DNA of 29,864 bases. Origin: Candidatus Rokuibacteriota bacterium (lineage in GTDB: Bacteria > Methylomirabilota > Methylomirabilia > Rokubacteriales > DASRDR01). Made by a program: the position numbers and the translations under genes. The stretch is taken from assembly GCA_044866005.1 (NCBI GenBank), contig JBIOTN010000207.1, positions 1 through 29,864 on the forward strand, given 5' to 3'. This document shows, in pieces, positions 17,636 to 26,977 of the stretch. A model generated the notes under the pieces. The model ran no database searches, was not told the DNA's origin, and saw only the letters and a program-made list of their open reading frames with translations. Position 1 is the stretch's first letter. Every line of letters begins with the position of its first letter.

Positions 17636-18880
17636 ATGATCGACAACTCGGGCACTGGGCGGCTGGCGCTCGATCGGGCGGGCGACGTCGCGGCGGACCT
17701 CCTGGTGGAGACGGCGTCGTCGCCCTTCCGGGTGGACGTGGTCCGGACGCCGGCGGGGCTCCAGGCGCTCGAGCCCGACTGGTCGCGGCTGCTGACCGCG
17801 TCGGGGATCACGCTCCCGTTCGCCACCTACGAGTGGGCCGAGGTGTGGTGGCGATACTTCGGGAACGACCGGGCCACCATCCGCGATTCGCTCTACGTCC
17901 AGGTCGTCCGCCGCCACACCGGCGAGGCGATGGCGATCGTCCCGTTCTTCGTGACGGAGCGGCCGGGCCGCGGGCCGGTGCGCGTCCGGACGCTCCAGCT
18001 CATCGGCGCCGACCCGAACATCACCGAGCTGCGGACGGTGCTGGTGGACCCCGCCGTCGAGGCGGAGGCCACAGACGCCTTGCTGGCCCAGCTCGCGCGC
18101 GACGCGCACGCCTGGGACTGGGTGCACTGGAGCGGGCTGCAGCGCGGGAGCCGGGTGGCGGAGACGCTCCTGCGGCGGCCCGGCGTGCAGTGGGCGGGCG
18201 ACATTCCCGATTACGTCCTGCACCTCGCACCCTCGTGGGAGGAGTTCCGCCGCGGACTCCGGCGGAACATCCGGGAGTCGCTCCGTCATTGCGCCAACTC
18301 GCTGGCGCGTGATGGCTGGAAGTCCGAGTTCGGGGTGGCCGAGACGCCCGAGGCCGTCACCGAGGGCCTGCCGACGTTCTTCGCCCTTCATCGGCTGCGT
18401 GCCCAGGTGACCGCGCGCACCCAGCACCCCGATCACTTCGAGACGCGGAAGCTCCGGACGTTCCTCGTGGAGGTCTGCGAGCGGCTCGCGGCGAAGGGGA
18501 TGGCGAAGGTCTTCACCCTGCGCATCGGGGGGCAGGTCGTCGCCGCGCGGCTCGGCTTCGTGGTGGGTGACTCGCTCTACCTCTACTACTCGGGCTTCGA
18601 TCCCGCGTGGGGCAAGTACGGCGTGATGACCACCGTGCTGGCGGAAGCGATCAAGCTGGCCATCGCGCGCGGCCTCAAGAAGGTGAACCTCTCGACCGGC
18701 GTGGACGTGTCGAAGACCCGGTGGGGGCCGGAGGAGGTCATCTACGGCGACGTGATCCAGCTCTCGCCGCGCCTGAGGTCGCGTCTGGCCTACCGGACCT
18801 ACCGCCTGGCAAAGGCCCGGGCGAACGGGAAGCTCTGGAGCCTCCTCCACCGCGTCCTGCCGCGGCGCCACTGGGGGTAG
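17636..18880 (+). CDS. GNAT acetyltransferase, CelD/BcsL-like (polysaccharide-associated)
   Basis: LEPDWSRL...PFATYEW...WW, L..SWEEF...LRRNIR, FFALHRLR, YLYYSGFDP.W.KYGV, KTRWG. Confidence 0.88.
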   Translation: MIDNSGTGRLALDRAGDVAADLLVETASSPFRVDVVRTPAGLQALEPDWSRLLTASGITLPFATYEWAEVWWRYFGNDRATIRDSLYVQVVRRHTGEAMAIVPFFVTERPGRGPVRVRTLQLIGADPNITELRTVLVDPAVEAEATDALLAQLARDAHAWDWVHWSGLQRGSRVAETLLRRPGVQWAGDIPDYVLHLAPSWEEFRRGLRRNIRESLRHCANSLARDGWKSEFGVAETPEAVTEGLPTFFALHRLRAQVTARTQHPDHFETRKLRTFLVEVCERLAAKGMAKVFTLRIGGQVVAARLGFVVGDSLYLYYSGFDPAWGKYGVMTTVLAEAIKLAIARGLKKVNLSTGVDVSKTRWGPEEVIYGDVIQLSPRLRSRLAYRTYRLAKARANGKLWSLLHRVLPRRHWG

Positions 18881-18918
18881 ACCCCGCCCGGGCGCTCGGC
18901 CGCTCCCGGGACCCCGCC

Positions 18919-19344
18919 TCACGCGTCCGCGCGCTCGCCGCCGTCGGCGCTGCCGCCGTTCCGTCTCGCCAGACCTCGCGCCAGGGCCTCCAGCAGCTCG
19001 GCGTTGCGGAACGGTTTCCGGAGGACCGCCGAGACCCCGAAGCGCTCGGCGGCGAGGCCGAGCGTGGGGCCGGTCACGCACGAGACCAGGACGACCGGGA
19101 GATCGCGGGCCACCGCACGAACCAGCTCGAGCGCGACCAGGCCGTCGAGCCGCGCCAGGTCCATGTCGAGGAGGAGGAGATCGGGCGCCGCCTTCGTGAC
19201 CGCGGTCACGACCTCGATGCCGTCGGCCGCGAAGGCGGGCTCGTAGGCGGCATCCCGCAGGACGTACCGGAGCACCTCCCGCAGCTCGGGCTGGCTGGCG
19301 GCGATCAGGACCGCAGGACGCCCGGGCGCGCGGGAGGCAGACAC
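18919..19344 (-). CDS. Single-domain response regulator with an atypical receiver
   Basis: A.DG.E, PDLLLLDMDL..LDG, PVVLVS, LRKPF. GTG at 19344 chosen because a sigma54 motif lies just upstream. Confidence 0.8.
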   Translation of the reverse strand: MSASRAPGRPAVLIAASQPELREVLRYVLRDAAYEPAFAADGIEVVTAVTKAAPDLLLLDMDLARLDGLVALELVRAVARDLPVVLVSCVTGPTLGLAAERFGVSAVLRKPFRNAELLEALARGLARRNGGSADGGERADA

Positions 19345-19357
19345 GCGGCCCGCAAGG

Positions 19358-19373
19358 GGCAGGAACCATGCCA
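19358..19373 (-). promoter_or_regulatory. sigma54 promoter candidate for the receiver gene
   Basis: Minus strand TGGCAT-GGTTC-CTGCC, GG-N10-GC. Confidence 0.6.
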
Positions 19374-19622
19374 CGCACGGCCCGGTCGCCCGGCGTCTCG
19401 CCAAAGCAGTGCGAAGACGAGCGGTTCCGCGCGGGCCCCCGCGGGCGCGCCGGCGGCGCCGGGCGGGCCGAACGAGGTGCGAGCGACCCTAATCTAGGGT
19501 GACGAGCGGGAGCCGCCGGCGCCGCGGGGGCGGGCCCTCTCGGGGTTTGCCCTGACGTGCCCTCGGGGCCCCGCCAACTTCCCCCCGCCAGCGCCGCGGC
19601 TCTCGGTGATAATAGCCGGAGC

Positions 19623-22385
19623 ATGACGGAGGAGCTCCGCCGCGACCCCCCCGTCCGTCGCCCGGCGCTCCGATTCCTTCCCGGCCCCCGGATCGCGGCC
19701 GACTGGCTGACTCGGGTGGCCGCCGCCACCTCGACCGGGCGCGGGCGGGCCCGCGCGCGCCTGAGGGGGCTGGGCCACGCCGCCGCGACGGCGACGTGGC
19801 TTCACCTGGCTCTCATCGTGCTGGTTGGCGCCGCGCTACGCTTCTGGGGCATCCTCCACGGCTTCGCCGACGGGTTCATCTACCATCCCGACACGGGGCG
19901 CGGGTTGGGCGATGCCTGGCATCAATACCTCGGCGCGTCGCCGCTTCGCCGGACACGGTTCGGGGCGGCGTATCTCACGCTGCTCGGCGTCCTCATGTGG
20001 AGCCTCGACTCCGCGGCGCGCTTTCTCGGCTCTCCCCTGAGCTGGTCGTTCGAGCTGATCGCGGCGGCGGCCAGCCTGCTCGGCGCGACCATCGGGACGG
20101 CGACCATTCCGATCGTCTACCTCCTCGGCGCCCGCGCCTACGGGAAGGCCACGGGGCTGCTGGCCGCCGCGCTCGTGAGCGTCGACCCGCTGCACAGCTT
20201 CCACTCGCACTATCCCTACCGCGACGTGCCCATGGTGTTCTTCCTGACGGTGACCCTCGTCGCGTGCGACGCGATCCTCAAGCGGCCGACGGCCGTCAGG
20301 TTCCTCCTGGGCGGGGTCGCCGCGGCGATCACGGTCGCCTTGAAGCCCGCCGGCATCGTGGTCGTGGCCCCGCTGGGGGCCGCGGCGCTGCTGGTCTCCA
20401 AGCGTGCCCGCGCCCTCTGGCTGCTGCTCGGGGTGGCGCTCCTCATCGGAGTCGACTCGGCGCTCAGGCCGGGAAGGCCGAGCGTCGGCAGGTTCCTGTT
20501 CGGCTTCGTGCGGGAGAACTCGAAATTCGTTCTCGTGGGGGTCCCGAAGGCCCTGGGCCTGCTCCACGCCTGGGTCGGGCTGCCATATCTCGTGGTCGCG
20601 GTCGCGGCCGTGGGCTACGCCCTGTGGCGTCGCCGACCGATCGACCTCGTGCTGTCCGCCTTTCTGATTCCGGCCTTCTTCGCGGCCGCGGCGTTCCGCT
20701 GGCTGGACGAGCGGTTCCTCGTGTTTCTCCTGCCGCCGGCCGCGGTCCTCGTCGGCCGGGCGCTCGTGGACGCCTGGACCGCGAGTCGGCGGGCGCGGTG
20801 GGCCCGCGCGGGGCTCGGGGCGGTCGTGGCCGGACTCCTCCTCGGCGCCCTGCTCCAGTCCGCCTGGCAGGGGATCCTGCTCAGCCTCCCCGACACGCGG
20901 GCCCTGTCGGGGAAGTGGCTGGAGGCGCACGTGCCGCGGACCGCGCGCGTCGCCATGGAAGGCTACCACCCGCTCGGGGTGCAGGAGTGGCCGAACGCGA
21001 CGTTCTTCGACCCGTGGCAGCCGCTGCGGAGCGAAGCGGCCAAGGCCGAGGTCCTCGTCACGAGCTCGGCCGAGCACCAGCGCTACCTGGACGAGCCGCG
21101 ACGGTTCCGCGGGGTCGTCCCCTTCTTCACGGCGCTCCCGCAGGAGCTCCAGCTCATCAAGTCCTTCTCGCTCGTGCCGCTCGGCTTCATCCATTCGGAC
21201 ATCAAGGTCTACTCGACGACGTCGCCGTCGGACCCGCCGCCGTCCCGGCTGCTCGTGCCGCGCCCGTACGACACCACGTGGAACCGGGGAGTGACGTTCC
21301 TGGAGCCCGGTCCGTATGACCGGGACGACCGTACGCTCTGGCTGTCGGGCGGCCACCGCTACGCGGCGACCCTCGTGGCCCGGGTTCCGCCGGACGAGGT
21401 CGTCGTCTTCGCGGTGAACGGCCCCGAGCCGAGCTGGATTCGGGTCCGGGTCGGCTGGTCGAGCCGGACGGTGCGGCTGGCTCCGCGGCAGTGGCGGGCG
21501 TTCCGCTTTCGCCCGAGCTGGCTCTGGCCCGCCCGGCCCGCGCTGTACCGCTTCGAGGTCAGCCTCCTGCCGGACGCGCGGCAGGCGCTCGTCCAGCTCC
21601 GGGCCGGCGCGACCGACATCGGCGACGCCTACGCGCGGTGGGGTCGGTGGGAGCAGGCGGCCCGATACCTGGAGCGGGCCGCCGCGGCGAGTCCGGCCGA
21701 CCCCGAGCCGGCGAGCCTGCTCGCGCGGGCGTACCAGCGGCTCGGCCGGACGGACGCGGCGCGGCGAACGGTCGAACGGCTGCTCGGCGCGAATCCGGCG
21801 GCGGTCGACCGCTACCTGTCGCTCGGGCGCGGCGAGATCCCCTCCGAGCGCTGGACGGCCGGCTTCAGAGAGGTCACGGGCCTCGATCCGGCGCTCCTGA
21901 CCTACGCGCTCGGCCACGACCTCGAGGCCGAGCGGCTCCGGCCCGGGACGGGCCGGGTCGTGGCGGCGCCCGAGGCCTCCGCGGGCCTGAGCCTCGCCTT
22001 CGAGCGCGGGCGGGATCGTCCCGGCGTGATGCTCAACGGCCCGGACCTCCTCTACCTGGCGCAGGGTCCGTACCGGGCCCGCTTCCTCCTGCGCGCGTGG
22101 GACGTGGCGCGGTCGGGTCCGGTCGCGATGCTCAAAGTGTTCGCCGAGACCCGACTGCTGGCGTCGCGCGCGGTCACGTCGCGGGAGCTGGCGGCCCGGC
22201 CCGGGTTCGCCGACATCGTCGTGCCGTTCGCCCACGAGGAGCAGGGCGATCGGGTCGCGGTCGAGGTCGAGACGACCGGAGTCGCGAGCCTGGCCGTCGA
22301 CCGGGTCCGCATCGAGCCCGACCTCCGCGAGGCCTTTCGAGAGCGCGCGTCGAGGCTTCTCCTCGACGCGACGGGCTCGCGGTAG
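19623..22385 (+). CDS. GT-C membrane glycosyltransferase (ArnT/PMT-like) with TPR and C-terminal soluble domain
   Basis: LRFWG...HPD, YLLG..AYG...GLLAAAL.S..P.H..HSHY..DV, K, ERFL; many TM segments; TPR-like IGDAYARWGRWEQAARYLERA...LARAYQRLG. Confidence 0.85.
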   Translation: MTEELRRDPPVRRPALRFLPGPRIAADWLTRVAAATSTGRGRARARLRGLGHAAATATWLHLALIVLVGAALRFWGILHGFADGFIYHPDTGRGLGDAWHQYLGASPLRRTRFGAAYLTLLGVLMWSLDSAARFLGSPLSWSFELIAAAASLLGATIGTATIPIVYLLGARAYGKATGLLAAALVSVDPLHSFHSHYPYRDVPMVFFLTVTLVACDAILKRPTAVRFLLGGVAAAITVALKPAGIVVVAPLGAAALLVSKRARALWLLLGVALLIGVDSALRPGRPSVGRFLFGFVRENSKFVLVGVPKALGLLHAWVGLPYLVVAVAAVGYALWRRRPIDLVLSAFLIPAFFAAAAFRWLDERFLVFLLPPAAVLVGRALVDAWTASRRARWARAGLGAVVAGLLLGALLQSAWQGILLSLPDTRALSGKWLEAHVPRTARVAMEGYHPLGVQEWPNATFFDPWQPLRSEAAKAEVLVTSSAEHQRYLDEPRRFRGVVPFFTALPQELQLIKSFSLVPLGFIHSDIKVYSTTSPSDPPPSRLLVPRPYDTTWNRGVTFLEPGPYDRDDRTLWLSGGHRYAATLVARVPPDEVVVFAVNGPEPSWIRVRVGWSSRTVRLAPRQWRAFRFRPSWLWPARPALYRFEVSLLPDARQALVQLRAGATDIGDAYARWGRWEQAARYLERAAAASPADPEPASLLARAYQRLGRTDAARRTVERLLGANPAAVDRYLSLGRGEIPSERWTAGFREVTGLDPALLTYALGHDLEAERLRPGTGRVVAAPEASAGLSLAFERGRDRPGVMLNGPDLLYLAQGPYRARFLLRAWDVARSGPVAMLKVFAETRLLASRAVTSRELAARPGFADIVVPFAHEEQGDRVAVEVETTGVASLAVDRVRIEPDLREAFRERASRLLLDATGSR

Positions 22386-22432
22386 CGGGCGGCGCGCGCG
22401 CCGTCCCTGCCCGCGACGACACGCGCCAACGC

Positions 22433-22461
22433 TTGACTCCGGCACGCGGCGTTGCCATCAT
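22433..22461 (+). promoter_or_regulatory. sigma70-type promoter of the pyrrole operon
   Basis: TTGACT-17 nt-CATCAT with a TG extended -10, 10 nt before the ATG at 22472. Confidence 0.55.
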
Positions 22462-22471
22462 GCCGGTGCGA

Positions 22472-23350
22472 ATGCTGACGGCATCCGAGACGGGCGCGAC
22501 GTCGGGGCGCGCCGGGGCGTCGAAGCCCGCGAGGTCCTCGAGGAAGGTCCCGCTCCGGTTCCGCGAGGAGACCGCCGCGCTCTACGGGCTGCTTCACCGG
22601 CCCGAGCCGGCCCCGGACGGGATGGCGGGGCTCGTGATCTGCGCCCCGTTCGCGGACGAGGCGGTGCACGCCCACCGCGTGCTGGCCGAGTTGGCCGGTC
22701 GGCTCGCCGAGGCGGGGATCGCGGCCTTCTGCTTCGACTACACGGGGACCGGCGACAGCGAGGCCGGGTTCGACGCGGGCGGCCTCACCCGGTACGTCGC
22801 CGACATCCACGACGCGGTGGCATGCCTCCGGAGGCAGACCGGGGTGAAGCGCTGCGGGCTCGTCGGGCTGCGACTCGGCGCCAATCTCGCCATGCGCGCC
22901 GCGGCCGAGGATCCCAGCCTGTCGCCGCTCGTGCTCTGGGCGCCGCTCCCCGATCTGCGCCACTACTTTCGCGGCTTCCTCCGACTCCGCCTCTTCACCG
23001 AGGTCGCGACGGCGGGCCGCGCCACGTCCACGGTCCGGGCGCTCGAGGAGCGGCTCGCCAGCGGCGGCGCCGTCGACGTGCTGGGCTACCCCATCGGTCC
23101 CGAGATGGCGCGCGAGTTCCTGCGCCCGGGGACGGATCCCGCGGCGCTCCCCGGCCGGCCGACGCTGGTCGTCGAGCTTCGCGCGCGGACCGTCGGGCCC
23201 GCCCCCGGCGGGGCGGCCGACGTCGGTCTCTGCGAGCCCGGAGTGTCGCGTCGGCGGCTCACCGCCGAGCCGTTCTGGGAGCGCGCGCGCGCCGCCAGCC
23301 ACGCCGAGCTCTTCGAGACGACGGTCGCGTGGCTGGCCGCCCTCCCATGA
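22472..23350 (+). CDS. Alpha/beta hydrolase fold protein resembling exosortase-system hydrolase 2
   Basis: CAPFADE, FDYTGTGDSE, elbow GLRLG (Arg in place of the nucleophile), LVLWAP, VDVLGYPI, EPFW. Confidence 0.85.
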   Translation: MLTASETGATSGRAGASKPARSSRKVPLRFREETAALYGLLHRPEPAPDGMAGLVICAPFADEAVHAHRVLAELAGRLAEAGIAAFCFDYTGTGDSEAGFDAGGLTRYVADIHDAVACLRRQTGVKRCGLVGLRLGANLAMRAAAEDPSLSPLVLWAPLPDLRHYFRGFLRLRLFTEVATAGRATSTVRALEERLASGGAVDVLGYPIGPEMAREFLRPGTDPAALPGRPTLVVELRARTVGPAPGGAADVGLCEPGVSRRRLTAEPFWERARAASHAELFETTVAWLAALP

Positions 23351-24120
23351 GCCTCCGCGCGGGCGGGGAGCGGCCGGTCGGGTTCTCGGCCCGGGGTGTC
23401 GCGCTGGCCGGGATGCTTCACGCGCCGGCGGGCCCCGGGGCGCTCGCCGGCGTCGGCCTCGTCATGATCCCCGGTGGCCTCGTGCGGCGCGTCGGCCTGC
23501 ACGGGCTGTTCACCACCGCGGCGCGCGCGTTCGCGCAGGCGGGGGCGTGGGCGCTGCGGTTCGACCCACCGGGCGTCGGAGACAGCGACGGCGCCCCCCG
23601 CTGGCTGACGCCGGCCGGCCTGGCGAGCCTGGAGGCCCGCCTCGTCGACGAGGCGGGCGCGGCGCTCGACTTCCTGGAGCGGGAAGCCGCGCCGGCGCGC
23701 CTCTGCGTCCTCGGCCACTGTACGGGAGCCCGCAGCGCCGTGCTCCGCGCGACGGAGGACCGGCGCGTCCAGGCCGTGGTGGGCTGGAGCATGCCGCTGG
23801 GCGAAGACGACGGCGGCCCGCTCGCCCCCTGGGTCGGTGACGCGCTCCGGCGGCTCATCGGGCAGGCGACCCCGAGCCTGTGGATCTACGGCGCCACGGA
23901 CCCGGCCTGGGCCGGGTTCCGCCAGTTCGCCTCGGCGCTCTCGCCGGACGAGCGGGCTCGACTGCACGTCGCGTGGACGGTCCGGGCCGTTCCAGGGGCC
24001 AACCACGACTTCACCTCGGTGGGGTGGGGCCGGGAGGTCGTCGAGGCCTCCACCCGCTGGCTCGGTGACGGCCGAGTCGACCTCGAGGGCAGCCGCGGGG
24101 CGGCGTGGACTTCGGCGTAA
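23347..24120 (+). CDS. Alpha/beta hydrolase resembling exosortase-system hydrolase 1, Cys nucleophile
   Basis: ATGA overlap with the previous gene; R.G.H..F, LRFDPPGVGDSDG, GHCTGA, YG..D, GANHDF. Confidence 0.85.
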   Translation: MSLRAGGERPVGFSARGVALAGMLHAPAGPGALAGVGLVMIPGGLVRRVGLHGLFTTAARAFAQAGAWALRFDPPGVGDSDGAPRWLTPAGLASLEARLVDEAGAALDFLEREAAPARLCVLGHCTGARSAVLRATEDRRVQAVVGWSMPLGEDDGGPLAPWVGDALRRLIGQATPSLWIYGATDPAWAGFRQFASALSPDERARLHVAWTVRAVPGANHDFTSVGWGREVVEASTRWLGDGRVDLEGSRGAAWTSA

Positions 24121-25247
24121 CGCCCGACCAGGACGCCTTCCGGGCGTCCGTGGTCGCCTTCTCGAAGAGCCTGAACAGCGACCTGCTCCGGCGTGACCAC
24201 GAGGGCATCTTCTCGCGCGAGGCGTGGCGCCGCTGCGCCGAGTTCGGCATCCTCGGGCTCCCGCTCCCGGAGCAGTACGGCGGGAGCGGCGCCGACCCGA
24301 TCACGATCGCCCTCGCCATGGAGGCGCTCGGCCAGGGCTGCCGCGACGCGGGCCTCCTGTTCTCGCTCCACGCCCAGATGTGGGCGGTGGAGATCCCGAT
24401 CCTCCTCTTCGGCACCGAGGAGCAGAAGGCGCGATATCTGCCGCGCCTGGCCGCCGGCAGCCTCCTCGGCGCCCACGCGGCGACGGAGCCGGAGGCCGGG
24501 TCGGACGCCTTCGCCCTCACGACGCGCGCCGCGCGCCGCGGCACGGGCTACGTCCTCGACGGCGCCAAGAGCTTCTGCACCAATGCCCCCGTGGCAGACC
24601 TCTTTCTCGTGCTGGCGACGGTGGATCCGGCGCGCAGGCTGGGGGGCCTGACCGCCTTCCTCGTCGAGCGCGCCACGCCCGGCCTGAGCGTGAGCCAGCC
24701 CATCGGCACGATGGGACTGCGGACGGCTGCCGTCGGCGGCGTCCACCTGGACGGCTGCGAGGTCGCGGAGACGCAGCGCCTGGGAGCGGAGGGGGCCGGG
24801 GCCACGATCTTCAACCGCGCCATGGAGTGGGAGCGGACCTTCATCCTCGGCGGCCATGTCGGCATGATGGCGAGACAGCTCGAGGCCTGCATCGCCTACG
24901 CGAAGGCACGCCGGCAGTTCGGGCAACCGATCGGGAAGTTCCAGCTCGTCGCCGAGCGGATCGTCCGGATGAAGGTCCGGCTCGACGCCGCCCGGCTGCT
25001 CTACTACCGCGCGGCCGGGGCGAAGGCGCACGGGAAGACGGTCATGCTGGAGGCGGCGATCGCCAAGCTCTTCATCAGCGAGGCCGCGGTCGAGTGCAGC
25101 CTCGATGCCATCCAGATCCATGGCGGATACGGCTACGCGACCGAGTTCGAGCTGGAGCGCGATCTCCGCGACGCCATGGGCGGCCGCCTCTATTCGGGGA
25201 CGTCGGAGATCCAGACGCTCTTGATCGCCGGGCTGCTCGGCCTGTGA
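24105..25247 (+). CDS. Acyl-CoA dehydrogenase family, L-prolyl-[PCP] dehydrogenase type (PltE/RedW/PigA-like)
   Basis: P.QYGGSG, GLLFSL.A..WA, A.TEPEAGSD, G.KSFCTNAP.AD, MEWER, RRQFGQPI, IQIHGGYGY, YSGTSEIQ (no Glu at the MCAD position). Confidence 0.9.
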   Translation: MDFGVTPDQDAFRASVVAFSKSLNSDLLRRDHEGIFSREAWRRCAEFGILGLPLPEQYGGSGADPITIALAMEALGQGCRDAGLLFSLHAQMWAVEIPILLFGTEEQKARYLPRLAAGSLLGAHAATEPEAGSDAFALTTRAARRGTGYVLDGAKSFCTNAPVADLFLVLATVDPARRLGGLTAFLVERATPGLSVSQPIGTMGLRTAAVGGVHLDGCEVAETQRLGAEGAGATIFNRAMEWERTFILGGHVGMMARQLEACIAYAKARRQFGQPIGKFQLVAERIVRMKVRLDAARLLYYRAAGAKAHGKTVMLEAAIAKLFISEAAVECSLDAIQIHGGYGYATEFELERDLRDAMGGRLYSGTSEIQTLLIAGLLGL

Positions 25248-25293
25248 AGCATCCGCGCCGGAACGGGGACGGGTCCGGCCGGGGGATGCGCGG

Positions 25294-26931
25294 ATGAGCC
25301 ACCTCCTCCACCAGCTCCTGGACCGCGCCGCGACGCGCCGCCCGGACGCGCCCGCGGTCGTGCTCGGGGAGGCCCGGGTCACCTACGAGGCGCTGACGGT
25401 CGAGGCCGGCCGCGTCGCCGCGTTGCTGCGGGCCGAGGGGGTGCGGCCCGGGGATCGGGTCGCCCTCTATCTGCCGAAGTCCCTCGCCGGGATCACGGCA
25501 CTCTACGGCGTCCTCACCGCGGGCGCGGCATACGTCCCGCTCGACCCGTTCGCGCCGGCCCGGCGGGTCGCCCTCATCCTGCGGGATTGCGGTGTCGCGC
25601 ACCTCGTCACGACCGCCCGCCTCCTCCGCGGCCTTCTCTCCGTGCCGCCGGATCTCTTGCCGCCGCTCGTGGTGTTGCTCGCCGACGCGGCCGATGCGTG
25701 GGAGGAGCCGCTCCCGCCCTGCCTTCGCCTCCTGCCATGGCGGCTCGTCGCGGGGATGCCGGCCACCCCGCCGCCGGCGGCCCGCGCGGTGATCGAAGAC
25801 GACCTCGCGTACGTCCTCTACACCTCGGGCTCGACGGGCGAGCCCAAGGGCGTGGCGATCAGCCACCGGGGGGCGCTGGCGTTCGTCGAGTGGGCGATCG
25901 ACACGCTCGGCTTCCGCGAGGACGACTGCTTCTCGAACCACGCGCCGCTCCATTTCGATCTCTCCGTGCTGGACCTCTTCGGCGCGGCCGGCGTCGCGGC
26001 ACCCGTCGTGCCGGTCCCCGAGGGGGTCCTCCCGTTCCCGGCGAAGGTGGCCGAGCTCATCGAGGCGGCGGCGATCTCGATCTGGTATTCGGTGCCCTCG
26101 GCCCTGATCCAGCTCCTGACCGCGGGACGGCTGGAGCGCTTCGCCTTCGCCCGGCTCCGTCAGGTCCTGTTCGCGGGCGAGGTGTTCCCGGTCCGGCAGC
26201 TCCGCGAGCTGATGGCGAGGCTTCCGCACGCCGTGTTCTACAACCTCTACGGCCCCACCGAGACGAACGTGTGCACCTATTACCGGGTCCCTTCGCTCGC
26301 GGACGACCGCGTCGCGCCGATCCCGATCGGCGGGCCCTGCGAGAACACCGAGGCGTTCGCGGTCACCGAGGACGGCCGGCGCGCCGCGGTCGGGGAGACG
26401 GGAGAGCTCCTGGTGCGCGGGCCGTCGCTCATGAAGGGGTACTGGGGGCGCCCGGACAAGACCGCCGAGGTGTTGGTGCCGCACCCCTTTCACGCCGACT
26501 ATCCGGAGCGCGTCTACCGGACCGGGGACCTGGTCGTGCCGCAGGCGGACGGGACCTATCTCTTCCTGGGGCGCCGGGATCAGATGGTCAAGATCCGAGG
26601 GCACCGGGTCGAGCTGGGCGAGATCGAGGCGACGCTCCACGGCCACCCCGAGATCCGGGAGGCGGCGGCGGTGGCGATTCCCGACCAGCCGACGGGCTCG
26701 CGTCTGCTGGCCGTCGTCGTGCCCCGGGAAGAGGGGGGACTGTCGGCGCGGCAGGTCCGGGGCTACTGCGCGGAGCGGCTGCCGCGGTACATGGTCCCCG
26801 ATCAGGTGGAATTCCGCACGGCGCTGCCGCGGACCTCGACAGGCAAGGTGGACCGCCGCCGGCTGACCGACGAGCTCGCGGAAAAGGGCGCGCCCCGCGA
26901 ATACGTTGACGGCCGGATCGAAAACACCTAG
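25294..26931 (+). CDS. Stand-alone amino acid adenylation enzyme, predicted L-proline--PCP ligase (PltF/RedM/CloN4-like)
   Basis: YTSGSTGEPKG, FDLS, NLYGPTE, YRTGD, GRRD..VKIRGHRVELGEIE, P.T.TGK. Code extracted by hand alignment to GrsA: DLLYLALVCK. Confidence 0.92.
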   Translation: MSHLLHQLLDRAATRRPDAPAVVLGEARVTYEALTVEAGRVAALLRAEGVRPGDRVALYLPKSLAGITALYGVLTAGAAYVPLDPFAPARRVALILRDCGVAHLVTTARLLRGLLSVPPDLLPPLVVLLADAADAWEEPLPPCLRLLPWRLVAGMPATPPPAARAVIEDDLAYVLYTSGSTGEPKGVAISHRGALAFVEWAIDTLGFREDDCFSNHAPLHFDLSVLDLFGAAGVAAPVVPVPEGVLPFPAKVAELIEAAAISIWYSVPSALIQLLTAGRLERFAFARLRQVLFAGEVFPVRQLRELMARLPHAVFYNLYGPTETNVCTYYRVPSLADDRVAPIPIGGPCENTEAFAVTEDGRRAAVGETGELLVRGPSLMKGYWGRPDKTAEVLVPHPFHADYPERVYRTGDLVVPQADGTYLFLGRRDQMVKIRGHRVELGEIEATLHGHPEIREAAAVAIPDQPTGSRLLAVVVPREEGGLSARQVRGYCAERLPRYMVPDQVEFRTALPRTSTGKVDRRRLTDELAEKGAPREYVDGRIENT

Positions 26932-26977
26932 GATCGTGCCTGAATTGCCGCCCGACTCCGTGCTCGAGAGGACACGC

